From the NCBI RefSeq assembly GCF_003918875.1, contig NW_025764892.1:930001-994000 (forward strand): DNA of 64,000 nt, written 5' to 3'. Source of the DNA: Haliotis rubra. Lineage: Eukaryota. The position numbers were made by a program, and so were the translations under genes. Under the pieces are notes generated by a model, which was not told the DNA's origin, did no database searches, and worked only from the letters and a program-made list of their open reading frames with translations. Position 1 is the stretch's first letter. Each line of letters begins with the position of its first letter. Shown here piece after piece: positions 51,333 through 63,963 of the stretch.

Positions 51333-52591
51333 ATGGAGAAGATTATTCAACAGTACGCTGTGCCTGTTGGTGTATTCACCCTATTGATGGTTATCACTTT
51401 ACTTGTGGCTGTAATCAGGAAAACATGCTCATGGGTAAGAATAGAATCCAATCTGTACACAGGCATAAGTTGGCTGTTATGTTTGATGATGAAAACAGGG
51501 ACTTAAAATTGATTCACACCTATTTCTCACCAACATAAAAAACATGCAAACATGCTATCTGTCATAATTGCATAAATTGGCCTCTGTTAATGCCATTAAC
51601 TCAACTGCATACCACAATGAGAGGATTATCCTCCTATGGCCAGACAGGTAGCATATGGGTACATTGCCCAGGGAGCTGAGTGAGTGAGTTCTGTTTTACA
51701 CTGCTTTAAGCATTATTCCAGCAATATCATGGAGGGGGCTTCAAACAGTTTTCCCATGTGGTGAGGAAGCCGGTGACCACAAACACTTTAACTACTAGGC
51801 TATCCCCTGGGAACTGAGAAAGAAATCGAGTACACACTGATCTACTGACCCAGTGTATAATATGGTGCTTTAAACATGCCAACTGGTGTGCCTGTGAAGA
51901 TACAGGTTAGAATTCATCTTCAGTAACCCATGCTTGTTGTAAGAGGCGACTAACCGGATTGAGTGGTCAGACTGGCTGACGTGGTTGACACATGTCATCG
52001 TCTCACAATTTAGATCGATGCTAATGCAGTCGATCACAAGATTTTGTGGTCCAGACTCCATTATTTACAGACTGCCGCCATATAGCTGAAATATTACGTA
52101 GTGCCTCATTAAACAACAACCAAACAACCAATGGGTGTGGATTGTGCGCATTATGCAAGTATGCTGATTATGTCAATATTTCATTCTAACAGTACTGTTA
52201 AAACAAATAATCCGTGAATTATTATGACAGTTCTCTTATTGCTAAAGATGTAATTTGTAAAGGGTTTCCTTTTGTTGTGTCTAAAGACATGTGACCAAAT
52301 ATGGTTCTTTTCTTTGTATTTTGCATCTATTAATGTGATTTGTATCTGTTTTTCGGCTTTTCTGAAAATGCAATATTTCCAAAATATTTGTTCACAGTAT
52401 GTGACGAAATGTAGTTTTACAGAATGTTGTCATTTTAGATTTCAAAGAAAAGGGAGAAGAAACCCCTACTAGTGAAGATAGGACCAGTTTTAGAGATGGC
52501 TAAAGCGTTTGACAGGGCAAGCAAGGACAAATCACCAGTCATCACAGGAAGACTACAGGGGATGAAGCAGCGCATACCGACAAGAACCTGA
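51333..52591 (+). CDS. Uncharacterised 84-aa single-pass membrane microprotein, paralog B
   Basis: Exons 51333-51434 and 52439-52591 (phase 0, GT-AG): MEKIIQQYAVPVGVFTLLMVITLLVAVIRKTCSWISKKREKKPLLVKIGPVLEMAKAFDRASKDKSPVITGRLQGMKQRIPTRT. Same acceptor-to-ATG spacing as paralog A. Confidence 0.82.
51677..51808 (-). mobile_element. SINE family A, degenerate
   Basis: tgagtgagtgagtt...tttaactactaggcta. Confidence 0.7.
51891..52129 (+). mobile_element. SINE family B with (CAA/CAAA) tail
   Basis: Matches the family consensus. Confidence 0.88.
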
Positions 52592-53421
52592 TGTAAAATC
52601 TAGTGAATCATGAAATATTATATTCACTGGAAATGTCCATGTGTGTTGGATACAGACAGGAAATCATTGGTAAAAATGTGGCTCAAATGTTAAAAAGGCC
52701 TAGTTGCCTTTCAAGTCATGATCTCTGCTGCTTAGTTATTAACTTATCCAAATTGCAGAATTTAAGAATTTTCTATCAGAAAAGGCTCTCCTCACTTGCT
52801 AAGGAGCTTAATACACATTTGAATGATCTGAGATAACAATTTGACACAATATTAAGAGCAGTTTCTAAACAAACAATTTGTAAATTGATAAGGCAGCATC
52901 ATTGGTAAGAATCAGTCAAAAAAAAGTCGCTTGACAATGACATGAAATTACCTAGAACCTTTCTGCAGACAACAAAAACTGATTGGGGTTAAAGGACACT
53001 CATCAGAGGCCTTACAACTAGTAGCTCAGAAACATCCCTTACTCAATACTCCATTTAGTATTGATTTCAGTTTGAGATACAGTGTACAGTCAAATATGTG
53101 TTCAAGGCACATATTCTATTTGGAAAAATGTTGACAAGAAAAGAGTGCCAATCAAAGAAGAAAAGAGTGTTGGTATATAAAAAAGTCATCTTTAAACATT
53201 CGAAAGACATCAAAACTGAATTCATGACATGTCTTTACTTATGAATTCACAAATATAACATACATGTCTGTAAAAAATAACAACAATTTGCTCCAAAACA
53301 ATAAGATTTTCAAGCAAGTTGAAAATGGACTCTCATTTTGCAGCACTGTACAAACTGTCATATTATCACTATACATGTACATTTCACCCTACTGATTGCC
53401 TTACATTCAAGTGCAAAATTT

Positions 53422-53584
53422 GACTGACTGAGTTTGGTTTTACTCCGCTTTTAGCAATATTCCAGCAACATCACGGCGGGGACACCAGAAATGGGCTTCA
53501 CACATTGTACCCATGTGGGGATTCGAACCCGGATCTTCGGCATGACGAGCCAACGCTTTAACCACTAGGCTACCCCACCGCCTC
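53422..53584 (-). mobile_element. SINE family A, full length, (CAGT)n tail
   Basis: TSD tgcaaaattt. Confidence 0.92.
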
Positions 53585-54799
53585 TGCAAAATTTAAGAAA
53601 TTATGATGATGGTATTGTTTGATTACCTGATTTTCACTGATAACTATTGAAATAGAGAGACAGTAAACAGTCTTCAAAAACATATAAATATATATTGTAT
53701 TATGAGCATTCTAGAAGTTGGCGAGTCAATAACAAGGAATATGACTCTATAGATAACAACTTCTTTATTGCACAGAGAGATGCTTTGATGTACATTCTTA
53801 CTCCCTTATCAAGTTCTTTACATTTTCAACTTGATAACTGTGCTAGAATCTACTCTATGCAATTAAACAAGAAGTTGTTATTCATAAACAAACCTGTCAT
53901 ATCATGAACAAAAATAAATATGTATTAAAGAGAGGCTACGATACAGAGTGTTCTCTGTCTAGATACAATTCCTGAGGATTGCACTCCTCGTAAAACCGTA
54001 ATGCCTTAACTCGGTCATCATGTAAACAGACAGCCATTGACAGTAAACTTTTCATGTATAACACAGTATGAATTAACAAAGAATTGTCTTGTACGCACTT
54101 TGCTTGGACAAACATTTTGCCTTAGCCTCGTCTCCCTTTAAAGGTTCGTCCAGAATTGTACGTACATGCTATTCAGCTCATTAAAATTTGGCACAGGAGC
54201 TATGCCTCCATTTTCCCCTGATTAAGCATTTAATGATGAAATATGACCATGCGCTGCTGTTTTAGGCTCTCTGTCGACGTTGTAGGCAAAGAAGAAAAAT
54301 AACAAAGAGGCCATTTTTTCGTGAACTTTAGGCCAATGAGTGAACCACTTGACTGTGTTAACGTCATATGTTTACATTAATTTCCCGCTGCATTTACTAT
54401 TGCATGAGGGCCAAAGTCATGACCCTTATTAGGGACTTGAAGGTAGTCGGAACGTGGGCAATGAACAGTGATATTAGACAGTGGTATGCATTCCGATGGC
54501 ACTTTTTCATAAAATGTGACAACTTCCTGGTTGTATGTTAATGATATCACAATGATCATGTTATGAATAGGCAATTTCATTTACCATAACAGGATTCCGG
54601 TTTAATTTGTAAATTATACTTACTGATTCTCCCAAACCAGATATTGGATAACATTTAGGGACGAAATACAGTCTGTCAAATAACTGTGTAACAATGAATG
54701 TTACAAAATATAATAACTGAATTAATATTACCATTTATGTTAAAACAAATCCTCTGATATGGTTTTATGCTATTATCTCATTCATAAAATATACATATG

Positions 54800-55030
54800 C
54801 CCTGAAAGATCCAGGTTAGAACTGGTCTTCATCAACCTATACTTGATATAAGAGGTGACTAACAGCATCAAATGCCCAGCTTTTCTGATTTGGTTGATGT
54901 ATGTCGTTGTCACCCAACTGCATGAATCAATGGATCAATGCCTTAAGGTCAAGCAGGGGATTGTCTGGTCAGGATTCAATTATTTACAGACTGTCACATG
55001 TATGGAGGACTGAATGCAGCAACAAAGACA
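54800..55030 (+). mobile_element. SINE family B, old degenerate copy
   Basis: gatccaggttagaactggtcttc...taagaggtgactaac...gattgtctggtc. Confidence 0.7.
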
Positions 55031-55144
55031 CTATCAAACATAACATACAGTCTATTTTTAGTTTAAACATATTTTATTCACAATGTGAAAATGATCGGGG
55101 ACAAGTTCTTTCAACTTATTAAACCCCTCTCCACAGTCTATGTG

Positions 55145-55318
55145 GAAGAAGGTCCAGGTTAGAATGAGCCATCAGTAACCCATGCTTGTCGTAAGAGGCG
55201 ACTAATGGGATCGGGTGGTTAGGCTCGCTGGCCAGAGTCTGGTCCATTATTTACAGACCGCCGCCATATAGCTGGAATATTGCTGAGTGTGGCGTAAAAC
55301 TAAACTCACTCACTCACT
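55145..55318 (+). mobile_element. SINE family B, internally deleted, ACTC tail
   Basis: Consensus match at both ends. Confidence 0.85.
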
Positions 55319-55499
55319 ATGTGGAAGATTACAGTATTAATGTACATATTAGATTTCCTGAGCCTAACACAACATTATATTACCAAGGCCATACACCCAA
55401 ATAAAGCCAACAAGTCCTCTGCTAAAGCATCGTACAATTCACAACATATCATGAGCCTGTATGTACCAATCATCATGCCAGGTGTTCTAGAAATGTTGA

Positions 55500-55665
55500 G
55501 GGCGGTGAGGTAGCCTAGTGGTTAAAGCGTCCACTCGTCACGCTGAAGACCCGGGCTCGATTCCCCACATGGGTACAATGTATGAAGCCCGTTTCTGGTG
55601 TCCCCCGCTGTGATATTCCTGGAATATTGCTAAAAGTGGCGTAAAACTTAACTCACTTACTCATT
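55500..55665 (+). mobile_element. SINE family A
   Basis: Matches the family consensus. Confidence 0.9.
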
Positions 55666-55751
55666 CGAAAAGCTGAGCTTATTCTACCAATTACAAACAC
55701 ATGCAAATGCAAGTCAATTGATCACATTAAGATACAGTTTTTCAAGTCTAA

Positions 55752-56308
55752 GGGACCATTCATAATTTTTGGCTTAGGGGGTGATGACAGTGTATGAAAT
55801 AAGCCAAAAATCAAGCCAGACATCAGGGATGGTAACTTCAAAATGTTACCAGCCCAAAATAGATTTAACCAGCAAATATGGTGAATTTACTCAGCTGTAT
55901 GGAACATCTAAAAAATTTGCCAGACCATCAGGCTGGCAAGCTGTAAATTTAGACTGTCCATCAGAAATCTAGACCGTTTCGGGCGGTCGGACGGGCCTTT
56001 TTCATACAATAGCGATCACGGGTGTCTTCCACATAGACTGTATGTTATGTTTGATAGGGTCTTTCCCATAATTTTTAAGCATAAATTTTTTATGTTAATC
56101 TGAACAAAATTGCTGACCCTACTCCACGCCAAACACCCCACTCCACCACTACAAGTACACGTGTACAAAATTGATGGCCCCCTAGCTATCCAGAACCAAA
56201 TGGATGACTGCCCCCTCCCCTTTAAAATCATCATTCCCAATTCATCCCCCTTCCCCTCACACACACAAAGACACACACGCACCATTATAAATTAGTATGA
56301 ATGGTCAC
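55752..56308. mobile_element. PIF/Harbinger-like MITE
   Basis: Termini taagggaccattcata / tatgaatggtcactaa with TAA-type flanks. Confidence 0.6.
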
Positions 56309-56397
56309 TAACAGTAACATGCATTTTGTCCATCGGATCTACATTTTGTTCAGCTCTCATGTGCAGAAGTACAGTTAAGTCCAGTTGATACTTCAAA

Positions 56398-59300
56398 TCA
56401 TATCACAAACTGCTCATCGCTGATGGTCTCAGATTCACCAAATTTCTGTTTCCTATTATTCAGGGATTGTTCTGTTGTGGCTGAAACATAAAAATAAATG
56501 CAAGGATAGATACAGATAGAGACCAGGGACTAGTTGTTTTACATAAATTACATACAACATAAAAACATCACTTCACTGACATTTCTGTGACCTCTTTTAA
56601 ATTATTTACCAAACATATTCATTACAAAAACATAGGGTTTGTTAGAGGTAAAAGAATTTAGAGGTAGATGAAAGAAGCATGATGCTCAGAGTGTTTCACT
56701 GAATTATAAACGACTGAGATTTTCTCTATATTACTGAAATTTGTTGACAGACTTAACAAAAGGAAAAAGTGAATTTAAGTTTTATTCTTTTGCACTTTAG
56801 TCAAATTTGGCAAAAATAAAGTTTCCAAATGGCATGCCTATGTATTGACATAATCTCCATGAAGTGGATGTGCCTGCCATGATGAATGATAATAATTATT
56901 CCTGCTTGAAATGATTTGTGGAAGCGCAAAGAAAGGATCCATTCTGTTATGATTAGCTTAGGGATTCAGAGCTTGATTCCTTTATCTGAACCCCTTGAAA
57001 ATCCTGGTTAGAATTGGTCTTCAGCAACCCATGCTTGTCGTAAGAGGTGACTTACGGGATCGGGTGGTCAGGCTCGCTGACTTGGTTGACATGTCATCAT
57101 ATCTCAACTGTGCAGATCAATACTCATGCTGGCGATCACTGTATTGTCTGGTCCAGACTCGATTATTTACAGACGCCGCCATATAATTGGAATAGTGAGG
57201 AGCACGATGTTAAACAACAAACCAACCAAAAACCATTTATCTGATGACAATCTGAAATTTCAGTTGAACACACTGGATTTTGATTCAACTAAATTCAATG
57301 ATATCACAGCTCAAAATTATCTAAAAGCATTGTGACTTGCATACATGCATTTAACAAAATACATCACATTTACCTTCATCCTCCATCAGTTCTAGCTGTA
57401 CTTGTTGTTCTGTAGCCTCTTTTGCTAAAACAAATTCAATCATATTAGCAATTATATGAGTCAAAATTTACATTTGTAAACTGTTAAGAGATATGCCTTC
57501 AAGTTAAGAAATGCTTTCGTAATCATTACCTGCTCAAACCTTTAACTACCTGCATTTACTTTATGGTATCTGGATTAAAAAATATATGTGGTGATCATTT
57601 AATACTTGATAAATGGTAATTTTCACTTTGTATCAGTTGTTCACCATTTGGTCGGGATGATTGTTGTGGTTGCTGCTCCTGTTGTTGCTGCTGTTGTCCC
57701 TGCTGTGATAGTTGCTGGTTGCTGCTGTGTCCCTTGACCTGCTTGTGGTTGCTGCTGTTGTCCCTGCTGTGATAGTTGCTGTCCTTCCTGCTGTGGTTGC
57801 TGCTGTTGTCCCTGCTGTGAATTCGCTGACAAAGAAAAACCAAGTATTTCAAGACCCAATAAAGAATCTGTATTTTTTGTATTTAGGCCAAAAATGTGCA
57901 TGTATGTTGTTGATCAAATTAATGTCAATTTTATCAAAGTCATCATGTTCATAAGCTTTATTTATGCCTTTTCACACTGACTGGCCATAACCTTCAATCT
58001 CATCATATTGCATGCATGTAAATGTCTAGTAGCAAACATAGATGTAGACAAGATGAAATAATGAAATATGAACCAAATATGAAGACTCCACACTAAAACA
58101 GGCCAAAACTTCCATGTACTAAACTGTCTACATGCTGCTACCCAAGTGAAAGATCATGAAAGCCACTTTTACTTTCATCACAACTGAGTTGTCATTCTCA
58201 CTGATAGAACAATTTTATTTTTCTTAAAAAAGATATCACATCACACTTCTGTAGCAATAAATAATCTCTCAATAATACTATCAGCCCTCAGGGAAGCTAC
58301 CATATAATTTCTTCCCGAAAAATTACATATTTAGATTACAATATTAAAATAAAAAAGTTCGAATGAATTAATGCAACATTGCATTAAATGGACTCTCACA
58401 CCCTCTACTGATTGAGCGACCCCTATAGAGTTATGTCCCTTGGAGCACTCTTTATGAATATTCTACGCACAACTTGTGATTGAAACCAGTTTGGCAAACA
58501 CGGACAACACCACGTGTGACAGTTTTCGATGTACGGAGCAATTGTTTATATTCCATATATGGAAGTGTTCTCTGTTTGGAAGTTCTTCGGCTCCAAGTTT
58601 CAGTTATTTATTTCAGGAAAGTTGTAAGGGATAATAAGTCTTTTAATGCATCAATAGGAAGCTAAAGTGAGTGCATATGCCCGAACATGTATAATATAGG
58701 CCAAAATATTGTTGAAAATGTGTGACATTGTGCCTTTAAACATGAATTTCTTCAGTCAGGTTTCATGTGACCTATAATAACCTTGACCTTGGACTGATGC
58801 ATGCATCCCACAGATCATGCATGTAATACTAACCAGTGGCATTTGGAAGTTGTACATAGATGTCCAAGACATTTTTATGGATTAAACTTCATTTTTATTT
58901 CCCTCATGACGTTTCGGGACCATTCCAGGTCCCTTCATCGGGTGACCTGACAGTTGAGACTATGATGTCGTCACTATTGTTCATGTCAATAACAAAAGTG
59001 AATATTAAATTCTTCAGTCAATAAATGTTTTAAACACCTATCAGTGATATTAAAACTACCCAATAGCCTATAAATATCTGAAATATGCCAAGTCAGCAGT
59101 ATTCCAGCTGTATGAGGCAGCAACTCCAGGTAAGCAATACTGAAGCTATGTCTTATTTGTTTTTAATGCTGCACTCAGCATTTTCCAGCTATGTGTGGCA
59201 TCTTCAAGGGTCCTCACAGTATGCAGTCATATGGAGACAAAAACATAACATACTTACCATCTGTAATGCTCAGGTTTCCAAAATGAACAGGAGGTCTTTT

Positions 59301-62300
59301 ATACAGCTTATCCTGTAAAGGTTTACAAGAGTGTTTCACAAGTTTTGCAGCACAGTAAAAAGGAAATGATTGAAGCATAAAGATATGACCAATAGCAATG
59401 ACACAAGCAGTTCCAAGGATGAGGACTCAGTGAAGACATGAACTTGTCAGATTGTGAATAGAATTATCATGAGACGGCTAGAGAGGCCTCTTAAGATGCC
59501 TATGTAGCATGTGCATGTTTGCACTGTTCCTCTAACAGTTGTACCCCTATCCCTTGTCAAAGATGTGAACTTGGATGCTTAACTTCATAACAGATTCTTC
59601 AACAACTTCTTCTGTTTGTTTTTAAACAACAACCAGGGATTTACAGGACGCGAATTCCTGCGTCCTATATGCATAAAAATTGACAATGGACATAACAAAA
59701 TTTATTAGCTCATCCACAGGGACGCAGAAAAAGTCCTAATACTTTTTGTAAAAATTCCAATCAAGTGACAATAAGCTATCACTGAGTTTGCTACTAGCTG
59801 GGTGATGGTATTATTTGCAATTTAATTACTGTAACAATGTGATGATCATGATGCACAATACAATAACAGTATTAATAATAATATTCAAGTGTCTGGGACC
59901 CCCATTTTGTTGTCCAGGACCCCTGAAAATTAAGAGTATGAGTCCAAGGCACCCACAAATACTGACTTCACAAATCCCTGCAACAACTATTGTTGTAAGT
60001 TTGTTAAACAACAAAATTTAAAATTTTGAATCTTTAATGTTTTTAAGTTTCCAAATTGACATCTTAAACAAGGGGTGGGAGATGTCTAGAGATAGGTATG
60101 TAAATAAAATGAGTTGTTCCACAATTCATAATTCTCGTTTGATGACAAACAGACTGTAACTTGACAAATACACACCTGTTTTGCTGCCACGGCAATACGT
60201 TTCCGTATATCCCCATCCCTCAGCATTGCTTTTGTTGCATCTTCATTCAAAGCTGTCAATATCTGAAACAACATCAACAAGATGTTTACAAGAGTTTATC
60301 ATATAGATCTAAGGATGATGATTTTTTTTAAAACTAAGAATATGTCAGTGAGAATCCTTGTAACTCTGGATTTATACTAATCTTTTAAAGCAACATTAGT
60401 ACAAAGACTCCTGCCATGACATGTGTATTTCGCAGATGGACCTGCCTGGCTACTGCATGTTTGATCAAAAGGTTATGATTGTAATTATGACCAAAAGATA
60501 TATAATCTGAAAGGGATGTTAGGGTTGTTTTTCTACTGTTTTGAAATTTGGTGGAAAGATAATTTTGTGTTACCTGTTTGAAATTATTTTTAGCACCCTG
60601 TCAATATTTTTAGAATTATGATATGTTTTCAATTTCTTGAGTGATTTTTGGAGTAAATTTTATAGTTTAGAATTTGAATTTTGGTAGTTACTTTGCCACT
60701 TTTGGATGTATTCCTGTTTTTATAGGCTTTTGTTTTCATTCTTAGATAATGGTAGTGCAGTTTTGGCAACTTGGTTAGCATGTTTGGCAGGGATCTATAT
60801 GAACTCTACTACTTTGCCGAAGGATTCAAGATCCTGAGTGCTTTGAAGTATTGGAACTATTAGATTAGGTTGGTTTTTGGTGTTTTGAGTTTTTATTGCT
60901 TGGAGCCTGCCGGGTGAGTCTGTTAGAATTAAGATTTTATTGTGTTCTTTTACAATGGGTCATTGAGTGCTGTTACTATGCCTATTAGTTTCATAACAAT
61001 TCTATCTCTTTGACTAAAGTTTAAACAATAAAGAGATGGTGATTGGCTTTGGTACATAATGGAGCATGTCTGTTATAAATGAAATCAGCAGAAGATTATG
61101 ATATTACAATAAACGTACTTGCATATATGAGGCTAAATCTTAAAGGAGAATACGAGTGAATTGCAATAATTTGATGGGTGAAAGATAAAGTCATCAGAAA
61201 CATTCCCATATTTTCTATTAAAAATTATGTATAATTATGTTTTAATCGCGAAAACAGTTTCTGTAAATCTCAGCTTCAGCCATTATGCATATTTCGCTGG
61301 AACCCATGTGACCTTTCCGCTCGTGACGTCAAATGTGTCTGGAGTCCGCCATATTGCCAAAGACCAAGCGCTACAGTAGTACAAATCGTGTTGTTTCTGT
61401 CGTTTTTTTAAATGGTACGATGGTGTATTGCGTAGCCTGGGATGCACGGCATCATCGAACATGGGAATGAACCACCATTTCTTCCGTTTTCAAAGTGAAA
61501 TGACAGATTTCGGCAGGAGAAGTGCGCCGATCATTCCGAGTCGGACGCATATGAAAGAGACATGCACGCATGGGGTATGGAAATCCCCAAGCTAGGCTGA
61601 AGAAGGAAAAAGTACCCACTAGATTCATTAATTATACTCCATCATTCCCTGTAACAACTTACTGTCAGTGGTATTTTTAACATAAATTAAATCAAGTCCA
61701 ATTGCCAGTCGAATTGCCCCCGCTACAAAATGACCCAGAAAATTTGGTCAAATTACCCCAGTGGGATAGTCAAAATGCCCCAATTTATTTAAAATGAATA
61801 AACATAGGCCATAAATGCATAGTTTTGTCAACGTTGATATTATGTTCTTCAAATATAAGTATATACATAGTAATGAGTTTACTGATGAAACATTCATCAG
61901 AAATATTACTTCCTAATAACTTTTATATAAAGAACATAATATCATAATAAGTTGACAAAAACTATGCATTTACGGCATATATTCAATCATTATAAATAAA
62001 TTTGAACAAATTAGAATGAATGACCAAATTTGCTGGGGCATTTTGTAGCTGGGGCAGTTCGACTGGTACACATGAGATATATATTATCAAAATCAGTAAG
62101 AGATTTCACATGAGCTTGAAAATGTTTCGCTATAACGTTCTTTTCGGTTTGGAGCCCTAAATGATGCAGTCAACTTGAAACATTGCCGAATACAATGGCA
62201 AATCATGAAGTACTTGTTGCTTTCATTGTTTTCCATTTTGTCCAATTACGCACGTCGGCATCAGACTCGCTGTTTGTCAGTAGTGTGTGCCGTGAAAGTT

Positions 62301-63963
62301 GTTCTGTATTCGCATTGGCTGACAGGATGTCATTCTAAGGCTATGACCGAGTACCATAACTATTTCCGTAACAAAACAATGGGGAAACATGTCCTGACTA
62401 GTATTTTATAATTCACCAGTTTTCGGGGAATAACTTATCTGCGTCGCGAATATTATCTCTGCTCGACCAGGCTGGGATCTTGTATCGAGACTTGATACGT
62501 TATTAATGAGAACTAGGATCCTAAATTTTTTCAACAAAATAATTCCAGTGTAATTTTTGAAGCAGATAATTTTTATTTTCCTCGTCTGAAGCATAATTAT
62601 TTTGTTTTTAAATCCCAGACACCCTACAGTCACCCATTGGACACAAAATGAATTGTAATCACATTTTTTTTTAAATAATTCTTAGTGACTGGTCATATAT
62701 TTATAGGGGTGAGTTTGCTGGCTGGAACTGTATGACATTTTGCTGACAAATAGTAATCTTGTTAAATGATATGGTCTATTTTAAAATTTATTTTGACCTC
62801 AAGCGGTGCCTCCGTTTTGCTTGATTCTTCTTCTTCATCTTCAGTGGAAGATTGTGTTGCAAGATGTAAAATCGGATCGTATTGATACGGCAAGTTCTTG
62901 AAAGGCATTGATTTAGATGTTGGACGAACATGAATACATGACACATTTTATGGAAAACAACTCTTTTGTTCTTTATCATGACGCACTAGCTAATTCTTGC
63001 ACCTCCTTGCAGGCAATTTCTTAAACTTTGTAGACAGAACTTATATCTTATTGAAAGTGTGTCCAGGAGATGAATCCTTGTCACCTTAGGCTAAGATTTA
63101 TCTAATAAACTATGTAACTTATACTTTTTATAATATATTTTCTATGAGATGGGTTTTTATTAACATTGACTTGTGTCTTTCTCTAAGCTGTTACATATCC
63201 TGAAGACACTAATACTTTACATTCATATTTTCCTAATACCTGACTCCTAAAATATCAATTGTTGTGGTAATCAAAACTAAAATCTTGTATAAGTCTGTTA
63301 TTCCATGATAATAGTTTTGGGGTGAGAGCACATGAATAATATCATTTGCCATATGAACAAACTGAACTTTCACTGTTTGACATTGAATCAAAGGCAATAG
63401 ATTAAACAGTTGATTGACCTAGACTGTACTTTACCGTAAATCCAAAAGGACAAACTGAACGCAAATGAAAGGGTGACCATGGGTTTTCGCCCTCAATGAA
63501 ATGGTCACATTGTAGGTGATTCAATATTCGTAAGTCAATAGATTATCTGACAAGTTATAAGGAGTGTTGGTTACACTTGATGTGGAACTTGCTGAGGAGA
63601 ACTCTGAAGTTTGAAGCCAGAACTCGACTGCAATCTTTGTCATGTATGTCATTGTTTCTGCCATGTTCAGTGAAATTGGCACGACTATTTCACCACCAAT
63701 AAATTAGGAATTTCCACATAAAAATGCCTCATTTTATTATTGTGAGCAGAGGACACTCATTTTTGTATATTAAATTCCACTCACATTAATTTCATGATTT
63801 ACAGTATGTCACATCAGATCAATTGCTACAGCAACTGAGTGAATGACATTGACATGATCTTCATATATGGCAGGTATTCTTCATATTGGCATATAAAAAT
63901 AAATTCTCGGAAAAATAATATCATGTTATCTTACCTTCAAAAAGGGAAAGTTGGAAGGAAAAT
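56398..63963 (-). CDS. 3' part (6 exons) of an unidentified gene entering from the right edge; Gln-rich/acidic C-terminus, apparent 1-nt frameshift
   Basis: Exons 63935-63963 (DFPSNFPFLK), 60176-60262 (ILTALNEDATKAMLRDGDIRKRIAVAAKQ), 59258-59312 (DKLYKRPPVHFGNLSITD), 57645-57825 (Q-rich, 181 nt), 57374-57424 (AKEATEQQVQLELMEDE), 56398-56480 (ATTEQSLNNRKQKFGESETISDEQFVI*). All GT-AG; phases are consistent except for the Q-rich exon. Confidence 0.75.
56990..57235 (+). mobile_element. SINE family B, full copy, (CAAAC) tail
   Basis: TSD tttatctga (56981-56989 / 57236-57244). Confidence 0.9.
58872..58950 (-). ncRNA. Minimal hammerhead-ribozyme-like motif of Penelope-type terminus (variant core)
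   Basis: Minus strand reads tcac-ccgatgaa-gggacc-tggaat-ggtccc-gaaac-gtc-atgagggaaataaa. Confidence 0.45.
59634..59980. mobile_element. hAT/P-like MITE
   Basis: TIR cagggattt / aaatccctg; flanking direct repeat caacaac. Confidence 0.65.
61144..62670 (+). mobile_element. Decayed THAP-encoding DNA transposon (Kolobok-like)
   Basis: TTAA flanks and an AGG start; partial terminal inverted match atgggtga / tcacccat. Broken THAP at 61420-61626: MVYCVAW-GC...FFRF...CADH...YE...RLKKEKVPTRF. Confidence 0.6.
61705..62066. mobile_element. Fold-back MITE nested in the THAP element
   Basis: About 45-bp TIRs (ccagtcgaattgccccc.ctacaaaatg...aaatttggtc) plus inner inverted arms (gccataaatgcatagttttgtcaac / gttgacaaaaactatgcatttacggc). 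Confidence 0.85.

Noticed and set aside
60500-61035. T-rich tract ending in AATAAA, possibly a CR1-like 3' UTR
   Set aside because: No coding remnant, TSD or second copy in the window to support it.
62762-62979. Acidic ORF (...STEDEEEESSKTEAPLE) as an exon of the minus-strand gene
   Set aside because: Weak donor, no convincing in-frame acceptor, and the neighbouring exons already join in phase without it.
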